Shown: piece by piece, positions 32,383-48,386 of the stretch | Layout of the letters: every line of letters starts with the position of its first letter | Position numbering within the stretch: position 1 is the stretch's first letter | Source of the DNA: the human T2T-CHM13v2.0 reference genome, Homo sapiens | Assembly (NCBI RefSeq): GCF_009914755.1 | Contig: NC_060930.1 | DNA length: 64,000 nt | Reading direction: 5' to 3' (one strand) | Translations under genes and position numbers: made by a program | Notes under the pieces: generated by a model | Seen by the model: the letters and a program-made list of their open reading frames with translations, nothing else | What the model was told of the DNA's origin: nothing | The model's database searches: none

Positions 32383-33577
32383 TGAGTTAAACTTCTAGTG
32401 GAAAACCCCTTTTATATAAGCCACAAGCAGTTTCAGACTGTCCAATGTTATTATTACTAACATAAATTAATGTAGGCTTTCTTTTATCCTAGAGGAGTTG
32501 TGGAAAAACATCCTCATGGCATGAATTATGAGTCAGAATATTAAAGGCATAGACACAGGAGTTGGAAATTGAAAGTGTAGATGAAAAAAAAAGAAAAAGA
32601 ATTTTACAATATCAAAATTAGATTTTTTCACTGAATTCAAAAAGGTCTCCACAAAACTTTTGTAAGGGATTCAAACCCTTCCTTTAAAAAATAAATAAAT
32701 AAATATTTCTTAATATCAGTCTGTAGTTACTGTATCATCAGGAACAGGTTTTGAAAATTATTGTTTATGCTGAGAAAACAACTATCTGAATATAACTAAT
32801 AACCATTATTACTAGATTGATTCTAGGAACATAGATAAATTTAAATTTATTTTTAAAAGACAAACATTTTTAATATTTGAAAATATAGGTCACCCTGAGC
32901 TTTCTAGTAATTGGAATGAATGACAATTGCTTTTGTTTGCTAACACATCCATTTGTCTACAATTTTCTTAATGTATTTAATTCTGAAATGATTCATTCAG
33001 TTTCGGTCTGATGAAGAGAGTAAAGTGAAAATATTACTCATCAATTGAAATATTACTATAGGGTCTTTTTGTAACTGATTTCTTTGTCATTGGATGCTCT
33101 TAGCATGTATTGATTAGATTTAATCAATCTTAAAAAAAAGAAAAACACACATCTCTCAAATTTTAATGTGCCTTTATCTTGGAAAGTATTTTATTAAAGT
33201 TTATCCTATTTGAACTATCCCACAGTTTTCTCTAAATTATCCATTATTGTTGTATGTTGAAATTTTTGGATTATTTGTCTACTAACCACCATGTATAATA
33301 TTGAATCCACCTACCATCTGTATCCAAAGCTTTTACAAAAACATTGATCAGATCACAATCAAAGTCAATGTTAAAATAGAAAATTCTTTCCTCAAAATGA
33401 AAAAAACCTGAGTATTTTTTAATCATTCATTAATTGTCTCTTATTGTTCATAAACAGCCTTATGAAAACGTGTGATCCTTACTGAGACACCATATTGTGG
33501 TACTTAATGTGGTACTATATTTGTCACTGGAGATCAAAATAAAGTTTATTGGTCTGCAACATTTACAATTCAGTTTC

Positions 33578-33660
33578 TTATATTTATATATATAATTCAT
33601 ATATATAATACACATAATATAAATCATATACATTATATATATATATATACACACACACAC
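33578..33660. repeat. (TA)n-(CA)n simple repeat
   Basis: Degenerate TA run followed by ACACACACAC. Confidence 0.8.
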
Positions 33661-33813
33661 GGGAACTTAGAGCTATTTTTAAACATTTGCCAAGTAGAAT
33701 ATACAATATATTAAATTTTTGATATTAAAAGTTTTAAAAAATTTTCTTTCAATGCTAAGAAGGTAGATTTTATGTTAAGTGTCCTTATCATGATTTCAAA
33801 AATGCCTTTTCCA

Positions 33814-35784
<1,971 letters not shown>

Positions 35785-36084
35785 AAAAATGCCTTTTCCA
35801 TAATCACACATATTTAAGAATGGAATTCATTCACTTTTGAGTAAAAATTATTCATCTGGGGGATTGTTAAAATGAGGGCTGGATTATCAGTTTCAGAGTA
35901 ATTTTAGAAAAGACACCATGTTTGAAGAAAGTTTAGCTCTCTAAGTCATGGTTTTATTCTGAGATTCTTTGATTCTACTATTATGTATGGGTTTATGTAA
36001 ATAATTACTAAGTATTCCTTTTTTTTTTTACATAAGGCCAGTGCAATCATGCATGATTTTATTGGTGACCAGTTAAAATGAAAC

Positions 36085-36557
36085 TGTTAATTAATGAAAA
36101 AAATCCTTTTTACTAGAAAAACCTGTGAACCTGTGTTACAGAAAACGAGTTATGTATAATATTCATTTTTTTAACCTGAAATGCATCGACTACAAGAGTT
36201 AGCTAAACCAAGATAATAATTAACTACTTCCCACTGAGGCAATTCCCTGAGGGAGAGGTCCATGAAATCCCCTGCTTTGAACTCATAGTTTTTATCTGAA
36301 ACACCAACTTTCCTGCACAGGATTTTTGTCCCCAGTGCCTGGACAGCACTGGCTTCATTTCAAATACCCCTTAGTTAATAGGAAATTTAAATGTCCCTGG
36401 GCAGTTACATCCTGTTTGGTCCTATATAAAAGCGTTTCAGTCCTTTCCTTACATGGAAATTTCACTGACTGAAACACCAGCTTGATTCTAGAACAAAGAT
36501 GCTCAGTCTCAGGATCAATTGAGATTTGTTTCTACCGAGAGATCCACTCTGGTGAGT
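36085..36557 (+). promoter_or_regulatory. OR14J1: Putative OR14J1 promoter and non-coding exon 1
   Basis: Homeodomain cores TAATGA (36092) and TAATTA (36217); O/E(EBF)-like TTCCCTGAGGGAG (36243) and TCCCTGGGCA (36394); TATATAAAA (36423); donor G|GTGAGT (36552). About 5 kb upstream of the CDS, as is typical for ORs. Confidence 0.7.
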
Positions 36558-36569
36558 AAAACTTCTTCA

Positions 36570-37600
<1,031 letters not shown>

Positions 37601-38457
37601 ACTGAAGAATAAAATATTGCCAGAGATAATGAAGGTTTGAACTAATCTGTACGTGTGACAGCAAGATGTAATAACTACAACAGATAGTAAGCAAATAAAA
37701 TTTTGGTGTTTGATTGGATATACAGATTAAAGCAAAGTTGTGCCATTCTTTGAAATAGGTCACAGTGACAGGGAGATGTCTGGGAGAAGAGATGAGTCCT
37801 TATGGGAAAGACCCATTCAGGGACAGTGATGTGCCAACCGTGAAGCAGGATATGAGGACCTGCAACCCAGGGGACCTGCAACCCAGAAGACCTATGGTAG
37901 TGCTCGAAACAGCAGACTATTATTTTCTATTGTGTAGGAAAATAGTTAATCTGTCTTCTTTAAAAGGCACAGGAATATTTTTGAGTAAACAAAAGTACAG
38001 AAAGAAAGTGTCAGGACAAATTTTTGGAAACCATCAAATTTCAATAAATGTTAAAAGAAGACCCAGATAACGAGACTAAGAAAAAATATTCAGAGAGGAA
38101 ATAGAAAACCAGAACTAAGTGGCATAGAGCCAATGGAAGTCAGCTGTTTTAGAAGAAAGAACTGTATAATAGTGTCATATATTTGAGAAACAAAATTTAA
38201 AATAAAAACAAAATAGAAAGAGTGCATTGAATTTACCGTTGTGATAGTTATTTGTGGATTTGCTGGAGCTGTTTGTGAGGACTCATGAAGCAAGAATGAT
38301 TAACATGGTTCAAGAATTGAACCAAATGTGCCAGGGCACAGAATGATACCCTATTCTGCTCATAAAGCATGGCTGTAAAGAGAAGGGACATTATAAGTAA
38401 GTCCTAAGTGTGGAGTGAAGACTTTTCTTTTTCTTTAAAATGGATGAGTCTTAAGAT

Positions 38458-38538
38458 TATCTCTATCTATCTATCTATCTATATCTATCTATCTATCTAT
38501 CTATCTATCATCTATCTATCTCTAATCTATCATCTATC
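38458..38538. repeat. (TATC)n / GATA tetranucleotide STR
   Basis: Interrupted TCTA units. Short (CA)n at ~38634-38665 and (GA)n at ~38686-38699 nearby. Confidence 0.92.
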
Positions 38539-41464
38539 AACAGAGCATAGTGAAACAATCTGGTTCATTAAGAGTAATCTCAGTAAATCAACATTATTAG
38601 AATTTTTAGACATGGAGTTTGTGTTGATTTTATACACACACATATACAGACACACACACACACATAAAATGTGCACTATTATGAAAGAGAGAGAGAGAGC
38701 AAGTGCATACTGTGGCAAAGATGCCCTTTGCGATAGAGCAAGGTTGAGTATAGGGTTGGTCACTGACTTGGAAAGGAAAAAAGAGCTCTTTCTCTGCCTT
38801 TGAAACCCTAGAGTGGGTGGAATTAAATCATGTTAGAGATCATTTCGTTTATATACAGGTAGGAAACTGAGGGGCTTAACATATAATTACCTATGTTTTC
38901 TCATTGAAGTTATTGGCAATGCTACCTCCCAGGAAATAGAGGAAAATAGTGAAGAAGAGACACAGGATGCTAACTCTTTAGAGCAGCTACTGGAATGAAT
39001 TAGAGTTTACCTACATAACATATTTGCACATGTACCACTGAACCTAAAAGAGAACTACTTTCAAAAAAATTGAGGGTTTCAACATATGAGAGGTAAAAAA
39101 CGGAAAAGTTTAGAAATGTTTTGTAGGATAAAATTTGCATACAAGTGGTTAGTGAAGACAGAAAAAAATGCTTGGGGGAAACAAATGACATTGAAAGAAT
39201 CATTATACTCTCCACCAAAAAATGTTTAGTTTTATTATAAATAAAGTATTTAATGCAGGTATGACTTGGAAGGATTGAACACAGGTTTTATATGTTCTCG
39301 CAGTATCATCCTTAATCCTAAGAGTATCTCCACACGTATATGATTCCCTTCCTTCTTATTTGATAAGTGATGAATTAATCAATACAATTTGGAACTAGTG
39401 AAATTAAAATGATGAAATTTTCCATTTATTAATCAGATATAAAAATTATTATCTATGTCTTCAAAGAAAATAAAAATGAAAATAGGTTGGTGGGAGTTGT
39501 TGAGAGGAGAATATGGTGTGTGCATTCAAGTTTTTTCTTACGATTTTTCTCCTCCTTCCCTCTATGGAGAAACCTTAATGGGGAGGCTAAATGATAGAGG
39601 TTTTTCTTAGATTACATTAACAATGTGTATTAGAAGTGGTAAGTAACACGATGCTTTTGATTTTCAAGCCAGAGACAGTAAGTTTTAAAATATAAGTGAA
39701 TTGCTTTCATCTATTCACATTTTATTTTAAATTCCAAAACTACCATCCAATATTTGGAGCAAGTTAAGCCAGGCATTAAGATTGGCAGCACTGGGGATTA
39801 AGCTATATCTTATGGAGGACCAGGAAAACTGTAGGAGCAAGAAAGCTAGAGAAACTTTGAAGAAAGTAACCCCTGTTTTCCTCTGATTCCTACTGCCATG
39901 AAGCAGGGGATGTGACCATCAGTGAGGGATTAAGGGCCCTTCCAGCCCTGAGACTGTTCCTTGTGGAAAAAAAAAATTTCCTAAAAATTAGTTTCAGTCA
40001 GTTCTCAAAATAAATTACAGCAAAATCAAAAAGATCTTGGTTTAAGTGATTTTTAACCTTTTCCTACAGCTTAGGGATTAATAAATGAAACAAACTACAA
40101 TATCAGATGCAGTTACTTCAAAATCAGATGCATTAACTCATGTAACTTAGCCATTAAGTTTTTGTCTATATAGAACTGAAATCAATTATGTAGATATCCC
40201 GTTAAATAAGTATTTACTTAGAACCTATATGTTAGATGCCTTTGGTCAAGGGTGAAGAAATGGACAGAAATGATGAAGGAATAGTCTTTGTGCAGAAGAA
40301 ACTCAGTGAAAATGATACTGATTGACCTTTCAACAAATGCACAGATTTAAAAAGAAAAAAAAGAGGCAAAAATTAGTTAGCAGAGTGATTCTGATACACA
40401 AAATAATTCTATGATGGTGTTGATTCTATAATAATAGCACATTTAAAATGAAATAGGAAAAGTTACATCATTTAATCCTCCTAACAATTGTTACATCTGG
40501 TATAGATTTTTTTTTTGTTTGGTTGGTTATTTTAAGAAATGGGCTCCCACTATCTAATATATTTCAAGTCCTAGAAAGAAATATATATATATATTTTTTC
40601 ATTCAGGAACTCACAATGAGACACAGCACTAGAAAGATATATACTCTACTACCTAGCATTCTGCCTATCACATAGATTTTAGAAAATCTCTTTATTTCTT
40701 CAAATGGATTTGATTGAAAATGTCCAACCCCAAGTTGTCATAAGAATTTTGAGAATTAAACGTTCTTTGACGGTGAACCTTTGTCACTTAGTTGCAAGAT
40801 CTCCAAAGCTCAGGATTCAATGCCTGATATCAGTGGCATCTGCATTTTACAATTTTGAGACATTTCATTTTTCAAAATTTCTATGAAAAGTTTATTACAA
40901 TCAAATGTAATCTTTTTAAAGTGTTAAGAGCTTTTCAAAGGAAAAAATATGACTGTTCTTTGAGCTAACCTCTCTTCTAGATTAGCTTCTGAGCTGTTTC
41001 TAGATCTGCCTCTGAGCTGTTTCTAGATCCATTTGCAAGGTGGTATCAATAACTTCATGTTAGCTGGTTAGCAAAAGAAGCTATATAGTGCATCGTTGTA
41101 ATACTAAGGCATCATATAGAAGATGTAATGAGATTGGTATGCTAGAATCATTTTCATTGACTTTATTGAAGGTAAAGACTTTATCATTTCCATCAATTTC
41201 TCCCTCTTTGACAATGCAAACTCTGCTCCAGAAAATGTTTATGACTTGTTGATCACATTCAGGGATTCTATTTCTGAATAATTGCTAAAACGTTTTTGAA
41301 TTGAATATTAACTAATCGCAATGAAAATAAATTCATCTCATTTCAGTACCTCCTTGCTGAGGAATTGAGTTACTTGACACACAAATATATTAGATGTCAT
41401 GCATTTTCTTCCTACTGTCTTTGGCTTCCTAAACAGAGTCACACTTGGTATCTTCAGAGAGACT

Positions 41465-42430
41465 ATGGTCAATTTGACTTCAATGAGTGGATTCCTTCTT
41501 ATGGGGTTTTCTGATGAGCGTAAGCTTCAGATTTTACATGCATTGGTATTTCTGGTGACATACCTGCTGGCCTTGACAGGCAACCTCCTCATTATCACCA
41601 TCATTACCGTGGACCGTCGTCTCCATTCCCCCATGTATTACTTTTTAAAGCACCTCTCTCTTCTGGACCTCTGCTTCATCTCTGTCACAGTCCCCCAGTC
41701 CATTGCAAATTCACTTATGGGCAACGGTTACATTTCTCTTGTTCAGTGCATTCTTCAGGTTTTCTTCTTCATAGCTCTGGCCTCATCAGAAGTGGCCATT
41801 CTCACAGTGATGTCTTATGACAGGTACGCAGCAATCTGTCAACCACTTCATTATGAGACTATTATGGATCCCCGTGCCTGTAGGCATGCAGTGATAGCTG
41901 TGTGGATTGCTGGGGGCCTCTCTGGGCTCATGCATGCTGCCATTAACTTCTCCATACCTCTCTGTGGGAAGAGAGTCATTCACCAATTCTTCTGTGATGT
42001 TCCTCAGATGCTGAAACTAGCCTGTTCTTATGAATTCATTAATGAGATTGCACTGGCTGCATTCACAACGTCTGCAGCATTTATCTGTTTGATCTCCATT
42101 GTGCTCTCCTACATTCGCATCTTCTCTACAGTGCTGAGAATCCCATCAGCTGAGGGCCGGACCAAGGTCTTCTCCACCTGCCTACCACACCTATTTGTAG
42201 CCACCTTCTTTCTTTCAGCTGCAGGCTTTGAGTTTCTCAGACTGCCTTCTGATTCCTCATCGACTGTGGACCTTGTATTCTCCGTATTCTATACTGTGAT
42301 ACCTCCAACACTCAATCCAGTCATTTATAGCTTACGGAATGATTCCATGAAGGCAGCACTGAGGAAGATGCTGTCAAAGGAAGAGCTTCCTCAGAGAAAA
42401 ATGTGCTTAAAAGCCATGTTTAAACTCTGA
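41465..42430 (+). CDS. OR14J1: Olfactory receptor 14J1 (321 aa, intact single coding exon)
   Basis: MVNLTSMSGFLLMGFSDERK...CLKAMFKL, with N-glycosylation site NLT, LHSPMYYFL, MSYDRYAAICQPLHY, FFCD, KVFSTCLPHL and PPTLNPVIYSLRN. A pyrimidine tract plus CAG acceptor at 41436 favours ATG 41465 over 41399. Confidence 0.96.
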   Translation: MVNLTSMSGFLLMGFSDERKLQILHALVFLVTYLLALTGNLLIITIITVDRRLHSPMYYFLKHLSLLDLCFISVTVPQSIANSLMGNGYISLVQCILQVFFFIALASSEVAILTVMSYDRYAAICQPLHYETIMDPRACRHAVIAVWIAGGLSGLMHAAINFSIPLCGKRVIHQFFCDVPQMLKLACSYEFINEIALAAFTTSAAFICLISIVLSYIRIFSTVLRIPSAEGRTKVFSTCLPHLFVATFFLSAAGFEFLRLPSDSSSTVDLVFSVFYTVIPPTLNPVIYSLRNDSMKAALRKMLSKEELPQRKMCLKAMFKL

Positions 42431-43649
42431 AGAACCATACAAATGAAAGGCATTGTTATTATGTTTCAGATTGGAAGAGAGGTGAATCTTATTTCTACCC
42501 AGAATGCTCTTCCAAGCTGTCTATTGTATATATTCCTCTCAAATATAATTCTTTAAAATTTAAGATGTTGTGCTCTAATAATATTAGCTTTCCTTCCTCC
42601 CTCCAATTCAAGTGTTATTTTAAGTCATCTTTGGAAAATTTTTCTGAAATGAAGGAGAAAGACAATTAGTTTGGAGTCTGGCCTGTATAATTTAAAACTT
42701 GTTATTAACAAATAAGGTTGGAGATAGATGAAGCTAACTGGGTTAATATTATGGTGCATATATGGTATTTCCAGTGGGCCTCCTAGTTTTCTATCCATAT
42801 TAAGTATTCATATTAAGTTCTTTTACTATTATTACAGTGGTGATTTCAACAATTTATTCAGCCCCTAGTAAGTATCAAGTGCTTTATATATATACATTTT
42901 TTTGACTCAAGAAAACAACTCTTCTAGCTATAACATATTGTCCCCATTTTGCCAATAGGAACAATAAATTTAGGAAGGATTAGTTAATTTTCCTGAGATT
43001 TCTCAAATAAATGGTAGTTAAGCTCTGATTCAAATTAATATTTGTCTGACTCAAACAATAAGGTCATTTATGTTCCTTACTGATGGCAAATGCATTATTA
43101 CCCAAATGTGAGTGTGTATGTTTATGTGTGTGTGTGATGTGTATAATCTATAAATATAAGCATATACTACTATAATCTATTAATAAAATTGTCATCACCC
43201 TTGTGCATCCCTATTACTGGAGGTATTTATATTAATTCCTTTACTTTTCTGATCTGTACAAGAGTTTGACAAATTGGTTTTACAGAGTTAGGCAGGGGAT
43301 GCTCCCTAGTTCCATGAAACAGAATATAGATAAACTGCAAATGAAGAGTTCCAACTTATGAATGTGTGAGATAAGGAGGCACAAATCTTGTGAATCTGAA
43401 TATCTGATTCAATTTTGTGTAATGCTGCAGATTTCTTCAAGAAAGACTCATAATTTACAAGAGTACAAAACTGGACTAGTCCCCTCAGTTTTGAAGTAAA
43501 TCAAAGTGCATGTTTTAATGACAAAGGGAATAAGCAATTGCTCAGTAATGGGGAATGTTTTTATAGGACTTTTTTGAATTAATGGTTATAATATCTACAT
43601 ATGCATATACCTTAGTAAGTTTTTTTTTCTTTAATCTGCCACATGAGAT

Positions 43650-46600
43650 TTTTTCTTTTTTTTATATACTTTAAGCTCTGGGGTACATGTGCAGAACTTG
43701 CAGGTTTGTTACGTAGGTATATACATGCCATGGTGGTTTGCTGCACCCATCAACCTGTCAACTACGTTAGGTATTTCTCCTAATGCTATCCCTCCCTTAC
43801 CCCCTCACCCCCAAACAGGCCCCAGTGTGTGATGTTCCCCTACCTGTGTCCATGTGTTCTCATTGTTCAGCTCCTACTTATGAGTGAGAACATGCAATGT
43901 TTAGTTTTATGTTCTTGTGTTAGTTTGCTGAGAATGATGGTTTCCAGCTTCATCCATGTCCCTGCAAAGGACATGAAATCATCTTTTTTATGGCTGCATA
44001 GTATTCCATAGTATTCCATGGGTGTATATGTGCCACCTTTTCTTTATCCAGTGTATTATTGATGGGCATTTGGGTTGGTTTCAAGTCTTTGCTATTGTGA
44101 ACAGTGCCACAATAAACATACGTGTGCATGTGTCTTTATAGTAGAATGATTTATAATCCTTTGGGTATATACCCTGTAAAGGGATTCCTGGGTCAAATGG
44201 TATTTTTGGTTCTAGATCCTTGAGGAATCGCCACACTGTTTCCACAATGGTTGAACTAGTTTACAGTCCCACCAACAGTGTAAAAGTGTTCCTGTTTCTC
44301 CACGTCCTCTCTAGCATCTGTTGTTTCTTGCCTTTTTAATGATAGCCATTCTAACTGGCATGAGATGGTATCTCATTATGGTTTTGATTCACATTTCTCT
44401 GATAACCAGTGATGATGAGCTTTTTTTCATATGTTTGTTGGCCACATAAATGTCTTATTTTAAAAAGTGTCTGTCAGGCCGGGGCATTGGCTCATGCCTG
44501 TAATCCCAGCATTTTAGGGGGCCGCAGCAGGCAGATCACGAGGTCAGGAGATTGAGACCATCCTGGCTAACATGGTGAAACTCCATCTCAACTAAAAATA
44601 CAAACACTTAGCTGGGCGTGGTGCCATGAACCTGTAATCCCGGCTACTCAGGAGGCTGAGGCAGGAGAATCGCTTGAACCTGGAGAATCCCAAAAGTGTC
44701 TGTTCACATCCTTCGCCCACATTTTGATGGGGTTGTTTGTTTTTTTCTTGTAAATTTGTTTAAATTCTTTGTAGATTCTGGATATTAGCCCTTTGTCAGA
44801 TGGATAGATTACAAAAATTTTCTCCCATTCTGTAGGTTGCCTATTCACTCTGCTGATGATTTCTTTTCCTGTGCAGAAGCTCTTTAGTTTAATTTGATCC
44901 CATTTGTCAATTTTGGCTTTTGTTGTCATTGCTTTTGATGTTTTAGTCATGAAGTCTCTGCCCATGCCTAAATCCTGAATGGTATTGCCTAGGTTTTCTT
45001 CTTGGGTTTTTATGGTTTTAGGTCTTACGTTTAAGTCTTTAATCCATCTTGAGTTAATTTTTGTATAAGGTATAAGGAAGGAGTCCAGTTTCAGTTTTCT
45101 GCATATGGCTAGCCAGTTTTCTCAACAGCATTTATTAAATAGGGGATTCTTTCCCCATTGCTTGTTTTTGTCAAGTTTGTCAAAGATCAGATGGTTGTAG
45201 ATGTGTGGCATTATTTCTGAGGCCTCTGTTCTGTTCTGTTGGTCTATATATCTGTTTTGGCACCAGTAACATGCTGTTTTGGTTACTGTAGCTTTGTAGT
45301 ATACTTTGAAGTCAGGTAGCATGATGCTTCCAGCTTTGTTCTTTTTGCTTAGGATTATCTTGGCTATGTGGGCTCTTGTTTGGTTCCATATGAAATTTAA
45401 AGTAATTTTTTCCTATTCTGTGAAGAAAGTCAATGGTAACTTGATGGGGATAGCATTGAATCTATAAATTACTTTGGGCAGTATGGCCATTTTTCATGAT
45501 ATTTATTCTTCCTACCCATGAGGATGGAATGTTTTTCCATTTGTTTGTGCCCTCTCTCCTTGAGCAGTGGTTTGTAGTTCTCCTTGAAGAGGTCCTTCAC
45601 ATGCCTTGTAAGTTGTATTCCTGGGTATTTTATTCTCTTTGTAGCAGTTATGAATGGGAGTTCACTCATGATTTGGCTCTCTGTTTTTTTTATTATTGGT
45701 GTATAGGAATGCTTGTGGTTTTTGCACATTGATTTTGTATCCTGAGACTTTGCTGAAATTGCTTATAAGCTTAAGGAGATTTTGGGCTGAGACGATGGGG
45801 TTTTCTAAGTATAGAATCATGTCATCTGCAAACAGAGACAATTTGAATTCCTCTCTTTCTATTTGAATACCTTTTATTTTTTTCTCTTGCCTGATTGCCC
45901 TGGCCAGAACTTCCAACATTATGTTGAATAAGAGTGGTGAGAGAGGGCATCCTTGTCTTGTGACAGTTTTCTCAGGGAATGCTTCCAGGTTTTGCCCATT
46001 CAGTATGATATTGGCTGTGAGTTTGTCATAGATAGCTTTTATTATTTTGAGATACATTCCATCAATATCTAGTTTATTGAGAGTTTTTAGCATGAAGGGC
46101 TGCTGAATTTTGTCGAAGGCCTTTTCTGCATCTATTGAGATAATCATGTGGTTTTTGTCATTGGTTCTGTTTATGTGATAGATTCCATTTATTGATTTGC
46201 ATATTTGAATCAGCTTTGCATCCCAGGAATGAAGCTGACTTGATCATGGTAGATGAGCTTTTTGATGTGCTGCTGGATTCGGTTTGCCAGTATTTTATTG
46301 AGGATTTTCACATCAATGTTCATCAGGGATATTGGCCTGAAATTTTCTTTTTTTGTTGTGTCTCTGCCAGGTTTTGGTATCAGGTTGATGCTGGCCTCAT
46401 AAAATGAGTTATGGAGGATTCCCTCTTTTTCTATTGTTTGGAATATTTTCAGAAGGAATGGTACCAGCTCCTTTTTGTACTTGCGGTAGAATTCGTCTGT
46501 GAATCTGTCTGGTTCTGGGCTTTTCTTGGTTGGTAGGCTATTAACTACTACCTCCATTTCAGAACTTGTTATTGGTCTATTCAGGCATTAGACTTCTTCC

Positions 46601-47463
46601 TGGTTTAGTCTTGGAAGGGTTTATGTGTCCAGGCATTTATCCATTTTTTCTAGATTTTCTAGTTTATTTGCATAGAGATGTTTATAGTATTCCCTGATGG
46701 TAGTTTCTATTTCTGTGGGATCAGCAGTGATATGCCATTTATCATTTTTATAGTGTCTATTGATTTTTCTCTCTTGTCTTCTTTATTAGTCTGGCTAGCA
46801 GTCTACTTTGTTAATTATTTCAAAAAAACCAGCTCCTGGATTCATTGATTTTTTGAATTTTTTTGTGTGTGTCTCTATCTCCTTCATTTCTGCTCTGATC
46901 TTAGTTATTTCTTGTCTTCTGCTAGCTTTTGAATTTGTTTTCTCTTGCTTCTCTAGTTGTTTTAATTGCGATATTAGAGTGTCGATTTTAGATCTTTCCT
47001 GCTTTCTCCTGTGGGCATTTAGTGCTATAAATTTCCCTTTAAACACTGCCTTAGCTGTACTCCTGCAGCTAGCTCAGTCTCTGCGCAAACAGCCGCCCAG
47101 TTTTGTGCTTGAAACCCAGGACCCCAGTAGCGTAGGCACCCAAGGGAATCTACTGTTCTGTGGTTTGCGAAATCCATGGGAAAAGCGTAGTATCTGGGCT
47201 GGAGTGCACTGTTCCTCATGGCTCAGTCCCTCATGGCTTCCCTTGGCTAGGGGAGGGAGTTGTCTGACCCCTTGCGCTTCCCGGGTGAGGCGATGCCCCA
47301 CCCTGCTTCGGCTAGCCCTCCCTGGGCTGCACCCACTGTCTAACCAGTCCCTGTGAGATTAGTCGGGTATCTCAGTTAGAAATGCAGAAATCATCTGGCT
47401 TCTGCATTGATCTCAGTGGGAGCTGCAGACCGAAGCTGTTTCTATTCCACCATCTTTCCAGCC
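43650..47463 (-). mobile_element. L1PA7-like element with 5' end retained but a large internal deletion; contains an Alu
   Basis: Poly-T/3'UTR at 43650, ORF2 up to 47058, joined directly to ~405 bp of 5'UTR (47059-47463). Confidence 0.92.
44477..44691 (+). mobile_element. 3'-truncated Alu (Sc/Y-like) without poly(A), inside the L1
   Basis: GGCCGGG start, ends at CGCTTGAACCTGGAG; flanked by AAAAGTGTCTGT on both sides. Confidence 0.9.
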
Positions 47464-47531
47464 ACCCACACTGATTTCTAAAGTAGTTGTTCCATATTAT
47501 ATTCCCTAGATAATCAAGAATTGTTATAAAG

Positions 47532-47625
47532 GGCTGGGCGTGGTAGCTCACGCCTGTAATCCCAGCACTTTGGGAGGCCGAGGTGGACGGATGACGAGGT
47601 CAGGAGATCAAGACCATCTTGGCTA
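47532..47625 (+). mobile_element. Alu 5' fragment (~95 bp)
   Basis: GGCTGGGCGTGGTAGCTCACGCCTGTAATCCCAGC...AGACCATCTTGGCTA, then an abrupt end. Confidence 0.9.
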
Positions 47626-48063
47626 CCTTGTCAGGTGTTTTGAAAAACTTTTAGCTTTTTAAACACATTCATGGTGATATATATCGATGAGTTTATTTTG
47701 TATTGCCCTGTTCAACAAGGTTGAACATCTTTTCATGGACTTATTAGTTATTTGTGTGTCTTCATTTGTGAAGTTTTTGCTCAGACACTTGGCCCATTTT
47801 TAAAACAAGTTGTTAATCTTTCTATTATGAAGACATTTACATATGTGTGTATATATGTATATATACTGGATAAAAATCTTTTGTCAGATACACGTATTAC
47901 AGATGTTTTTTCTAATCTCCTGTGATTGTCTTTTTTTTCCATCAGGTTCTTTTGGAGAGTAAAACTTTAAAAATTTTGATGTAGTTCAATCTATCAACTT
48001 TGTGTTTTATAATTCATGTTTGGTGTCCTATCTTCCAAAAATACCTTCTTTAAAATTACAAAG

Positions 48064-48386
48064 TTTTTTTTCTTTTGAGACAGGGTCTCACTCTGTCACC
48101 CAGGCTGGAGTGCAGTGGTGCAATCTTGGCTCACTGCAACCTCCGCCTCCTGGTTCAAGCAATTCTCGTGCCTCAGACTCTCAAGTAGCTGAGATTACAA
48201 GTGTGTGCTGCTATGCTGGCTCATTTTCTTTCTTTCTGTCTTTTTTGTTTGTTTGTTTGTATTTTTAATAGAGATGGGATTTCAGTATGTTGGCCAGGCT
48301 GGTTTTGAACTCCTCACCTCAAATGATCCACCTGCCTTGGCCTCCTAATATGCTGGGATTACAGGCATGAGCCACCGCGCCCGGCC
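48064..48386 (-). mobile_element. AluS/J-type full-length with expanded middle A-rich linker
   Basis: TSD TAAAATTA(C/T)AAAG (48051-48063 / 48387-48399). Confidence 0.92.

Noticed and set aside
41399-41464. 22-aa N-terminal extension of OR14J1 in the ORF track
   Set aside because: It spans the polypyrimidine tract and acceptor at 41436, so it is probably intronic. ATG 41465 gives the canonical length and N-glycosylation site.
47050-47070. L1 junction as a spliced integrated element (SpIRE)
   Set aside because: The GT is retained in the product and no AG precedes the ORF2 re-entry point, so it is not a canonical splice.
43636-47482. Candidate TSD CCACATGAGATTT / CCACACTGATTT for the minus-strand L1
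   Set aside because: Too many mismatches to call with confidence.
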